A stretch of 63,896 nt of DNA, filler included, from Reclinomonas americana ATCC 50394 (Eukaryota), in the NCBI GenBank assembly GCA_048213135.1. It is 5 parts of 4 records of this genome, joined end to end, with 100 filler letters (N's around TTAATTAATTAA, not from the genome) between each part and the next. Parts side by side here need not be neighbours in the genome. Positions count along the whole stretch, not along the records: positions 1 to 30,563 come from PS015054.1; 4 more parts are not named here. One strand, written 5' to 3'. Below, piece by piece: positions 1 to 10,555 of the stretch. Numbering within the stretch: position 1 is the first letter of the stretch; every line of letters starts with the position of its first letter. The notes under the pieces are model-generated. The model saw only the letters and a list, made by a program, of their open reading frames with translations. It was not told the DNA's origin and made no database searches. The translations under genes and the position numbers were made by a program.

Positions 1-1162
1 CCACTACATCATGTTTCCGACCATGCTCGGCATCAAATGTTGCGTGGCTCACGACTTCGTCGCAGTGACACGCTCTCATTTTGTTGTCGATCGATGCAGT
101 GGTCAACGTCACCACGAATCAAGTCGTGCGCTTCATGGGCACAGTGGAGAGCTCGGAGCGCTTCCTCGCACTGTCGCTGTTCCAGGGCATTGCCAAGGCG
201 CCGGCCGGTTTCGGCATGGGCAACAAGAAGCTGCCGGACCCGACCGTCTTTGCGGCCAGCTACAACACGCGCCGCTTCTACTTGTTCTCTCGCCGCGAAC
301 CGGCAGAGTCGGAGAGGTTTGCTCTATCCGTCGTCGTCATCATCTTGCGCACGTGCAGCAGTCCACCTCACTCGTTCTGCGCACGCAGCGGTGACGCCAG
401 CAAGGGTCGCGATGTGATGAATGAGAAGCCGTCGCGCGACGAATTGGCCACAGGTGTCACTCCGGTGCAGCGCCTCGGTCGTGGTGCAGTCATCCACACC
501 ACCGTCGGCGACGTGCACATCAAGCTGTTCCCCGACGAGTGCCCGAAGACGGTGGAGAATTTCACGGTGCACAGTCGCAACGGCTACTACAATGGCATCA
601 TTTTCCACCGTGTCATCAAGGGCTTTATGATCCAGACGGGCGATCCCAATGGTTTGTTTTGTGAGTGCGACTCGTACATTCTCCGACGACGAAGCTCACC
701 ATGCTGCGCAGGCGATGGCACGGGCGGCACGAGCATCTGGGGTCACGACTTTGCGGACGAGTTCCACCGCAGTTTGCGACACGATCGTCCATTTACCGTC
801 AGGTTTGTTTCTTTGTTGCATGAGAGGCAAAGCGCGTGTTTCCGGCAACTTATGGGCCACCACTTTGCAGTATGGCAAACGCCGGTCCGAATACGAATGG
901 ATCGCAATTCTTTATCACCACACAGCCGGTACGTGAATGGTGGAGCGGTCTAGTTGATCACTTTTGGTGTTGAGCCACTTACAAACTGGATTTGGTGGGG
1001 TGCGCATCAATGCAGACGCCGCATCTCGACAATCGACACACGGTGTTTGGACGTGTGGTCAAGGGCTCCGACACGGTACAGCTGATTGAGAAGACGCGCA
1101 CGGACAAGCTCGACAGGCCACTCGACGAGATCAAGATCATCAACATTGAGATTGTGTTTTGA
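1..1162 (+). CDS. PPWD1: Peptidyl-prolyl isomerase domain and WD-repeat protein (cyclophilin Cyp15/PPWD1), 3' part, 5 visible introns
   Basis: Spliced reading gives PTMLGIKLVNVTTN...LSLFQG...[10 protein letters not shown], then the cyclophilin domain [19 protein letters not shown]...[21 protein letters not shown]...[24 protein letters not shown]...HTVFGRV. Ends EIVF-TGA at 1160-1162. Confidence 0.95.
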
Positions 1163-1286
1163 TCCTCTCGAGGCTGGGAACAATGACACGGAGGAGAATG
1201 AATGCGCAGAAAAAACTTAAGTCGTGTAACGTGAATGTTTATGGTGGCGAGGTTCTCCAAAAGGAGATGTGCGTGGCGTCCACAAT

Positions 1287-3872
1287 CTACGACGGCTCTT
1301 CGTCGCTGGAGACGGCTGGGTCCGAGTCGCTGCGTGCGCGTGAAGGACCCGGCGCGGCGGCGGCGGCGGTAGCAGCAGCACGAGCCGCCTGCTGTTCCAC
1401 CACGGCGCGTGTCCNNNNNNNNNNNNNNNNNNNNNNNNNNNNNNNNNNNNNNNNNNNNNNNNNNNNNNNNNNNNNNNNNNNNNNNNNNNNNNNNNNNNNN
1501 NNNNNNNNNNNNNNNNNNNNNNNNNNNNNNNNNNNNNNNNNNNNNNNNNNNNNNNNNNNNNNNNNNNNNNNNNNNNNNNNNNNNNNNNNNNNNNNNNNNN
1601 NNNNNNNNNNNNNNNNNNNNNNNNNNNNNNNNNNNNNNNNNNNNNNNNNNNNNNNNNNNNNNNNNNNNNNNNNNNNNNNNNNNNNNNNNNNNNNNNNNNN
1701 NNNNNNNNNNNNNNNNNNNNNNNNNNNNNNNNNNNNNNNNNNNNNNNNNNNNNNNNNNNNNNNNNNNNNNNNNNNNNNNNNNNNNNNNNNNNNNNNNNNN
1801 NNNNNNNNNNNNNNNNNNNNNNNNNNNNNNNNNNNNNNNNNNNNNNNNNNNNNNNNNNNNNNNNNNNNNNNNNNNNNNNNNNNNNNNNNNNNNNNNNNNN
1901 NNNNNNNNNNNNNNNNNNNNNNNNNNNNNNNNNNNNNNNNNNNNNNNNNNNNNNNNNNNNNNNNNNNNNNNNNNNNNNNNNNNATACGGAGACGCCCTCG
2001 GTCGGCGCCTGCCCTTGCGCCGCCATCTCCACGTCCTGGAGCACACGCTGCGCCAGTGGCAGAGAGTCGAGCTCGCGCACCGACGGCAACTGGTCTTGCA
2101 CACGACGACGGAAGGCCGGCTCTGCGGCCATGGGATTGTCGTGCAGGAAGATGGTGTGCAGGCGCACCAGCGGCCGCAAGTGCGCCAGTTCGTGCGTGTT
2201 GGGCAGTCGATTGGAGTTGATCTGCAACAAGCGACGGGGGTCACGGAGGAGAACGCAAAAGAGGAGGCCGGCACAAAGGTGACAAACCCACAGCTCCTCG
2301 AGGTTCACGAGGTGGTCCAAGTTGTCGAGGTGCTCAATGACGTTTTGCGCCAGGTCGAGAATCACCAGCGAACCGGCCTGCGCCTCGAGTCCCGAGATGC
2401 GCGCAATGCCGTTCTCACTCAGGTACAACTCGCGCAGATTGACCAGCGCCGACAGGCCCGTGATCTCCGTCAAGCGATTCCGCTGCAAGCTGAGTTTGGT
2501 GAGGCGTGTGAGCGCATCCAGATTCTCCACAGTGCGGATCTTGTTGGCGCCGAGCCACAGACTGTCGAGCGTCGTCAGCGTCTCCAGATGCTCAATCGCA
2601 CGCAAGCGGTTCTGCCCGAGCTCCAACACCTCCAGCTGCTGAAAGTGCCCCACTCCCTCAATGCTCGTCAACCTGTTCGCAATCAAGTACAACTCGCGCA
2701 GCTGCTCGCCCTGCGCCTCCAGCCCCTCCACGCGACTGATCTTGTTGAACGACAAGTCCAGTTTTNNNNNNNNNNNNNNNNNNNNNNNNNNNNNNNNNNN
2801 NNNNNNNNNNNNNNNNNNNNNNNNNNNNNNNNNNNNNNNNNNNNNNNNNNNNNNNNNNNNNNNNNNNNNNNNNNNNNNNNNNNNNNNNNNNNNNNNNNNN
2901 NNNNNNNNNNNNNNNNNNNNNNNNNNNNNNNNNNNNNNNNNNNNNNNNNNNNNNNNNNNNNNNNNNNNNNNNNNNNNNNNNNNNNNNNNNNNNNNNNNNN
3001 NNNNNNNNNNNNNNNNNNNNNNNNNNNNNNNNNNNNNNNNNNNNNNNNNNNNNNNNNNNNNNNNNNNNNNNNNNNNNNNNNNNNNNNNNNNNNNNNNNNN
3101 NNNNNNNNNNNNNNNNNNNNNNNNNNNNNNNNNNNNNNNNNNNNNNNNNNNNNNNNNNNNNNNNNNNNNNNNNNNNNNNNNNNNNNNNNNNNNNNNNNNN
3201 NNNNNNNNNNNNNNNNNNNNNNNNNNNNNNNNNNNNNNNNNNNNNNNNNNNNNNNNNNNNNNNNNNNNNNNNNNNNNNNNNNNNNNNNNNNNNNNNNNNN
3301 NNNNNNNNNNNNNNNNNNNNNNNNNNNNNNNNNNNNNNNNNNNNNNNNNNNNNNNNNNNNNNCTGTGTCACGACAGCGAGGAGGTGAGCCGACCGAGGTC
3401 CATGAGTGAAGACGGAGGGAGGAGGAAGGACCTCAGTCGTCGCAAGCTCTCCAATCCCTCAATGACCTTGATCTGGTTGTCGTACACATCGAGATCGGTC
3501 AGTGCCTCCAGCGTCTCCAGACCCTCCAGTTGTCGAATGCGATTCTGACGCAAGCACAGTCTCTGCAGAAGAGAGTGAGAGACGGAGAAGAGACAAGTGA
3601 GGGGGACAAGTGAATGTGCATGTTCTTACCTGCAACTGCGTCAGCGGCGCCAAGTTCTCAATGCGCTCCACCTTGCAGGCGACCAGCTCCAGCACCTGCC
3701 AGCACACCTCTCTCTCAGCGGGCAACTAAAAATACCAATCTCTCTCTCTTCTCTCGCTGACCTCAGTGTCTGGCGGCAAATCAAAGCCCACTCCAATGCC
3801 CTGCACCGGCTGGTTGCTCTTGTCCACAATGCGCAACTCGTGCTCGTCACCGTCACCAGAAGAGGATGCCAT
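1287..3872 (-). CDS. SDS22: Leucine-rich repeat protein phosphatase 1 regulatory subunit, SDS22/PPP1R7-like; interrupted by two N gaps
   Basis: Tandem 22-aa LRRs (LDVYDNQIKVIEGL, LYLIANRLTSIEGV, LELGQNRLRAIEHL, LWLGANKIRTVENL, LSLQRNRLTEITGL, LYLSENGI) plus an LRR cap (LHDNP...FRRRV...LPSVRELD). ATG at 3872. The last exon and stop at 1287 are inferred across a gap. Confidence 0.88.
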
Positions 3873-3953
3873 CGCGCACAAACACTGCGATCACAAACAA
3901 CGAAAGACAATCACACTCGCGCGCTCTTTGCTTGCCACTCACTCGCACACACG

Positions 3954-4877
3954 ATGAGCGACGCAGCTGTCACCACAACAACAACTGCTGCTGCAGCTAC
4001 TGCCGAGACAAAGGAAGAGCGGCGCTCGCGTCGACGTTCGCGATCGTCTTCCTCGTCACGATCGCGATCGTCGTCCACTTCTTCCTCCTCTGCATCATCT
4101 TCCCCAGCGCGCAAGCGACGTCGCCATCGCTCTCGCTCTCCATCGTCCTCTTCGTCCTCCTCTTCCTCGTCGTCAGACGGTCACCGACGACGACGACGGC
4201 ATCGCAAGGAGAAGGAGAAGGAGAAGCGACGGCGCAAGGAGGATCGCAAGAAGCGACGCGAGGAGAAGCTGCGCGCCAAGTCGCAGCGCTCACTCAACGA
4301 TCGCTTTGGCAAGTACGGCGTGATTCGTGAGTCGGATATGTGGTCCAAGCAGGAGGAGTTCAACGCGTGGATGGTCGAGGTGAAGAAGATCGATGTCGAG
4401 CAGCTCACGCAGATGGAGACCAAGGACTACTTTCGCGCGTACATGGAGGGTGAGGCATGCGGCGACATGCTGTGCGGTGTGAGCGTGTGTGCGTGTGGGC
4501 TGACTGTGCGCGCAGATTTCAACACGGCCACGTTGCCGAAGAAAAAGTACTATGACATGGCGGTGTGGTTGAAGCGCCAGTCGGCCAAGAAGCACAACAA
4601 GTCGCGTGAACAGGAGCGTGTGCCTGCCGCCAGCTGTCTCTTCTCACGCGCATTGTGCAGGGTCGTCGAGAAGATGAAAAAGATGAGCAAGGCGCGCGGC
4701 GAGATGACGAGTTTCAACGACGAGGAGCAGCTGCGTCGCAGGCGCATTGAGGATCGGGAGCGGAATCGGCAGGTGGAGGCGCGGCAGATGGCCATGGCGG
4801 TCAGTGAGGAGCACCGGGAGAAGGAGCATGCGGCCAAGTTGAAGCTGCTGTCGCACGTGACGCGCTCACATCGCTGA
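3954..4877 (+). CDS. RS/KE-rich nuclear protein with a conserved C-terminal domain (resembles the plant style cell-cycle inhibitor SCI1-related family), 2 introns
   Basis: Ser/Arg- and Lys-rich N-terminus followed by FGKYGVIRESDMWSKQEEFNAWMVEVK...FRAYMEDFNTATLPKKKYYD. Introns start at 4450 and 4601. Confidence 0.7.
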   Translation: MSDAAVTTTTTAAAATAETKEERRSRRRSRSSSSSRSRSSSTSSSSASSSPARKRRRHRSRSPSSSSSSSSSSSDGHRRRRRHRKEKEKEKRRRKEDRKKRREEKLRAKSQRSLNDRFGKYGVIRESDMWSKQEEFNAWMVEVKKIDVEQLTQMETKDYFRAYMEGEACGDMLCGVSVCACGLTVRADFNTATLPKKKYYDMAVWLKRQSAKKHNKSREQERVPAASCLFSRALCRVVEKMKKMSKARGEMTSFNDEEQLRRRRIEDRERNRQVEARQMAMAVSEEHREKEHAAKLKLLSHVTRSHR

Positions 4878-4919
4878 GAGGAGGAGGATAAGGAGAGGGG
4901 GGGATTGGTGAAGCGGTTT

Positions 4920-7516
4920 TCATTTGCGGATGCTGATCTGGTCGGGTGCGCGGCACAGCATGCGATCCACCCACTCCAGCATGCGTGCCGACTGCAGGTA
5001 GTCGGGTCGTGCCGATTCGCAGGTGAGTACCGGGCTCAACCAGCAGTCGGGAAGCCGGTCGTAGCCCACCACGGCACCGACCACGCTGCCGACCACACTG
5101 CAAGTGGCGGAGAGTGGGATGAGTGAGTGTGTGTGTGTGCGTAGGTGTATGTGTGGAATGTGCACTCGCTGCACTGGACGCAACGCGCAATTGGTGGCAA
5201 TGTCGCCGCCTGACAGCATCGTGTCGCGCATGCAGCGCTCAAAGTTGAGGTCGCTCTGCCCCTTGGTGACGTAGCTGAGTATCTCGTAGAGGGAGGTGCG
5301 CACGTAGCCGATCATGGGCGAGTGTTGGGAGTGCTGTGGGTGGGGCAGACGGCATGAGGAGTGAGAGCAGACAAAGAGAAAACAGAGGCGTGTGGGTGCT
5401 GACCGCGGTCATGATGGACGGGCCGGCTGTCATCCACTCCAGCACGGTCTTGTTGCGGCCCGTGTCGCGCTCCCACTCGATCGCTCGCTCGTATGCCTCA
5501 TGGCCGTCTGCGGGCGTCATGATGAGAGGAAGCGATGGGGAAGATGATAATGATGTGCTCACCTCCGGTGTGAATGAGAACAGAGAGCATGATGGTGATC
5601 ACGGCCACCGAGTGGCACACGATGGTGTTTGGGTGCGTCAGCGAGCAGTCCAGCATGCTCAACTCGGCGATTTCTGTTCATAGTTGTGCAGTTTCTTTTA
5701 GCAAATGCAGCGCCCACCGCCGCCGCAGTAGCAACCCCGTACGAACCCCTCGGATTCAGCTTGTGCGCGTAGATGGCGAGTGGACTGCACCGATTGACGG
5801 GCGAGTTGGACTGCAGGTCGCCACAAGCGGCGGTGGCGGCTCGTCGCATGCGAAAGTGGATCGGATCGCTGTCGGGGCGCATCACCGTACTGCAATCACG
5901 TCGTAGTGAGTTGTTGGGCAAAAGGACTGGTGGGGAAGTGCGCAAGGGCCGAGAGACGCAACGAGAAGGCTTCCTTGTATGGTCTTTGAATGTCGATGGG
6001 CTCCGTGAGGTACTGCGTGAGACAGTGAGCGAGCGGCACAGGTGCAGTATGACTGTTGCGTCGGTCCGCACTCACCCATGCTCCGTATTTCATGGCCAGC
6101 GACTCGATATCGTAGCGCCACTTTACCATGTCGGCCAGTACTTGCGCCATGCATAATGTCAGCTCTGCGCGCGAGGTGAGGTGGCTGAAACGGCGGCACC
6201 AGCAGCAAAGGAACACACACCTCCGTCGGCCCCGATTTGACCCTTGGCCATCTGTGGGGTGGCGTGGGGTGATCAGAGCGATTCGTAAGCCTGAATCGTC
6301 GGTGTGAGTGCGACGCAACTGACAGTGGGCCACCAGCGGGCATCTCCAGCGCGTCCTCCCGATCGGACTCGTACACGGGAAACTTGCACTCTGTGATCAC
6401 GTCAGCGATGATCGTGGAAATGCTTGACTGGCTTGCACACGCAACTGAGAGTTGTCATGATGGCGTCGCCAATGAGGGAGCCCATGGCACAACCGAGTGC
6501 TGTGTGTGTGTGAGTGAGTGAGTGANNNNNNNNNNNNNNNNNNNNNNNNNNNNNNNNNNNNNNNNNNNNNNNNNNNNNNNNNNNNNNNNNNNNNNNNNNN
6601 NNNNNNNNNNNNNNNNNNNNNNNNNNNNNNNNNNNNNNNNNNNNNNNNNNNNNNNNNNNNNNNNNNNNNNNNNNNNNNNNNNNNNNNNNNNNNNNNNNNN
6701 NNNNNNNNNNNNNNNNNNNNNNNNNNNNNNNNNNNNNNNNNNNNNNNNNNNNNNNNNNNNNNNNNNNNNNNNNNNNNNNNNNNNNNNNNNNNNNNNNNNN
6801 NNNNNNNNNNNNNNNNNNNNNNNNNNNNNNNNNNNNNNNNNNNNNNNNNNNNNNNNNNNNNNNNNNNNNNNNNNNNNNNNNNNNNNNNNNNNNNNNNNNN
6901 NNNNNNNNNNNNNNNNNNNNNNNNNNNNNNNNNNNNNNNNNNNNNNNNNNNNNNNNNNNNNNNNNNNNNNNNNNNNNNNNNNNNNNNNNNNNNNNNNNNN
7001 NNNNNNNNNNNNNNNNNNNNNNNNNNNNNNNNNNNNNNNNNNNNNNNNNNNNNNNNNNNNNNNNNNNNNNNNNNNNNNNNNNNNNNNNNNNNNNNNNNNN
7101 NNNNNNNNNNNNNNNNNNNNNNNNNNNNNNNNNNNNNNNNNNNNNNNNNNNNNNNNNNNNNNNNNNNNNNNNNNNNNNNNNNNNNNNNNNNNNNNNNNNN
7201 NNNNNNNNNNNNNNNNNNNNNNNNNNNNNNNNNNNNNNNNNNNNNNNNNNNNNNNNNNNNNNNNNNNNNNNNNNNNNNNNNNNNNNNNNNNNNNNNNNNN
7301 NNNNNNNNNNNNNNNNNNNNNNNNNNNNNNNNNNNNNNNNNNNNNNNNNNNNNNNNNNNNNNNNNNNNNNNNNNNGTTGTCGTCGACAGATCGTCACCCC
7401 AAGCGGCGTGTTGTCTCACCGCGATCACGCAAGTCGGGATCCAACTGCGCCTCGTCTGTGGCATCGCCGTCGTCCGAGCCAGGACTGCCCGCTCGCTCTG
7501 TTGATGGACCACTCAT
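4920..7516 (-). CDS. ADP-ribosylglycohydrolase family protein with degenerate metal-binding motifs, about 10 introns
   Basis: Spliced: DRALGCAMGSLIGDAIM...GGPLSMAKGQIGADGELTLCMAQ...SNSPVNRCSPLAI...DCSLTHPN...GGDIATNCAVVGSVVGAVVGYDRLPDCW. This follows the ARH/DraG motif order. Confidence 0.85.
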
Positions 7517-7612
7517 CTGTTCAACAACGTCGAAAACCGAACAAAATTTTTACTGTAGTTGTTACACAACAGCGCTGCCTCCAAGTGAGAGACTCATCGC
7601 ACAAAATCAAAC

Positions 7613-8780
7613 TCACTTGTCTTGCTCAGCATCCAGATCCCGCAGCATGGCCTCCTCGTACGGACGCGCGTCAAATCCGAACGGCGAGTAGCGCGCCTTC
7701 ACGCCGGCCAGTGTCTGCGGCGTCCAGTACCGGTGACCGGGAGCGGGGAAACCGAGGGCGGTGCGCTGGAACACGGTGGCGCTCGCCACCAACTTCTCCA
7801 ACACCTGCTCCTTGCTGTACATGGAGCGCGCCCAGCCAAAGTTCCAGTGCTGGAACCACTCGGCATCGGCACGGCGGTACGACAGATTGACCACCAGCCG
7901 CACAGAATCGGGCTTGGTCAGCGCCGTGCCGCGATGCCACGCATCGTGCCGATACAGCAGCACGGTGCCCTTGTGAAACTGCGCCCGCGCCTCCCGCCGG
8001 TACAGCTCCTCGCGAAAGTCGGCCACATCGGGAGCGTTCTCACGCAACCACGCCTCCGCCGACGGCTTGTCGTTGATCCACGGCAGCGCACCGGCACCAG
8101 GCGTGCGCAGAAACGCCGTCGGCGAGTCATACAGTGGGTCATCGTCGCCCTCACGCGGCACCACCGCCGTTGCACCGCCCGTTTCCTCCACATCATTCAA
8201 ATACACAATCATGGCCACGGAGACCGGCTGATGCCACGCCGGCGGCACCACCAGCATGTGGTTCCACCCATCAATGTGCACGCGCTGCTCACGATTGTCG
8301 TAGACAGACGAGGAGGAGTCGGAGTAAAACTTGGCCCAGGCATCGCCCTGCGTCAGGCGAATGTCACTGGTGCGCAGCAGTCGCGCCGCCACACCCATCA
8401 GATTGGTGTGCATGCAGAGGCGGTTGACGGCGCCCGGAGTGCCGGCGCCGATGACGGGGAACTCTGCGCCGCCGAAATCCTTGCGTTTGCGCGCCTCTTC
8501 GCCCGCCTCACCAGTGAACATGCCAGTGAGCTCCGCAGCGGCCTCGTCGACCACCTCGGCAGGCAGCAGACCGTCCACCAGTGCATACCCGTGATGCCGC
8601 CACGAGTGCTCTGTGCTCCCGATGTGAGACAAGATGCGCGTGTGAGTGCATGATTCCACGCATAAACATGCCTTGCTCTGCGGTGATCACGCGTGTAATG
8701 GTCTCGTCGACTTCATCGCTGCCCTCAATGGCCGCACTCGGCACCGCCCACCGCCACTCTCCAGTCTCGGCGGCGGACAT
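7613..8780 (-). CDS. Phytanoyl-CoA dioxygenase (PhyH)-like 2OG-Fe(II) oxygenase, one intron
   Basis: HGYALVDGLL N-terminal motif, HxD (RVHIDG), MIVYLNDVEETGGATAVVP, distal His (HDAWHRG) and the 2OG-binding Arg (VRLVV). Confidence 0.85.
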
Positions 8781-8877
8781 TCGTGTGGTGGACAGCCGTG
8801 CTCGCTATTGAATCCAACTGTCCTCTGTCCACGTGTGTGTGTGTCTGTGTGCGTGTGTGTGTGTGCATTGTAAATCG

Positions 8878-10373
8878 ATGACAAACTACTCGCACGGTTT
8901 GTCTCTCTTTGTGTGCAAGTAGGCGTGCGTGCGTGTGTGCGCGTGCTTCTCATCTCATTCTGCTCACGTCATTTTTTGCATGCATTCTCGTGTCACACAC
9001 ACTCATGCACTCGCGCGCGCAGTGTACAGCGAGTACAACCGATGGCTGGTGGAACCCGACACGTTTCGCACGGGGTTCACGTACATCCAGGTGCGTGCGA
9101 GTGATGCGAGTGAGAGAGGGCATGGCGTTCGTCGCGACTCTCTGTCTGTGTGTGCGTCCACTTTGATCACACACCTTCAATTGGGGTTGTCTCGTCGTGT
9201 TCTCTGCATGCATGCGCGCACACACACACTCGCCTTTACACACGCACTCGCTGCACACACCCGCGCGCATTCGCTGGTGGTTTGCGTGTCGAAGGTTGTC
9301 GTGTGTGTGTGCGCGATGGCCATGCCCACTCTCTTTTGTGTTTGTGAGTGCAGAAGGGCGACATTGTGCTGTACTACTACAGCTGCCACTCGGAGCATGT
9401 TGCACAAATGCAGCAGACGATGCCCAATGTCGATCGAAGCTTGTGTCAGCTGCCGTTCAACACGGCACCGACGCGTGACAATATGCCCCTGCGATGCATT
9501 GTTGCGTAAGTGTGAGAGAGGGAGGGAGAGCGAGAGGGAGAAGTAAGAAATGATTTGAGTTTGGTGCATTGCCTGACGAGGAGACAGGTGAACAATGTGG
9601 AATTCGATCACGTGGAGAATGGCGAGTACCTGGTGCAGTACATTACGCTGTCGCCGCTGGAGGATCCCACAACGCCCGGGCTGGAGGTGCTCAGCCCGCC
9701 TCCGATTTACGACGTTGCGTGTGTGTGGTGTGGGGAGTGGGCCGCTGCTTGGGGGTGCTCATCGTTTGCGGGTACGAGCAGGAGGCGTACTGGGGGCACA
9801 TTGCGTACCCGTCGGGGCACCCGAAGCACGCCGACTTTGTCATTCCCTTTGTCGATCTGTTGATAGAACCAGCGTTCATGGTGTTGGAGAATCCGTTCCG
9901 CAACTGTTGCGTTGTGGTGCTGGTCATTGGGGGGGGGACCCAGTGTGAAGAGTGTGCATTCTTATGACTTGGTGCGGGCGCGCAGATTTTGTGTCCAATG
10001 GCTTCCGCAAGGGCGGGCAGGCAGACGTGTACTTTTTGGAACCCGAAGGTCTCAAGGCGTACCAAGCACAAATCACGTACATCAGCGCCACCGAGGACTT
10101 CTTGCCGGCGTTCTCTGTCAGGCTTCGATTGTTGCGTGGCTTGTGTCGCGTGTACTGTTGATTTGGTGTGTGTGTGTGACGCCTCGATGTAGCCCCGGCG
10201 AACAAGAAGACCAGCCGTATCACTGGTGGGAGTTGGTGAAGCGCGGCTCAAGACCAATACCCGTGCCGTTCTACTCGCAGCGTTGCGTGGCTGTGGGAGA
10301 GGAAGAAGGAGGAAGAAGGAGGAAGAAGGAAGAGTAAGGGAGAGAGAAGGGTGGGAGCAGGGTGGGCAGAAGA

Positions 10374-10420
<47 letters not shown>

Positions 10421-10486
10421 GTGTGTGAGAGAGGTAGAAGCAGAGAGCATGTACAAGAGCGAGGACNNNNNNNNNNNNNNNNNNNN

Positions 10487-10555
<69 letters not shown>

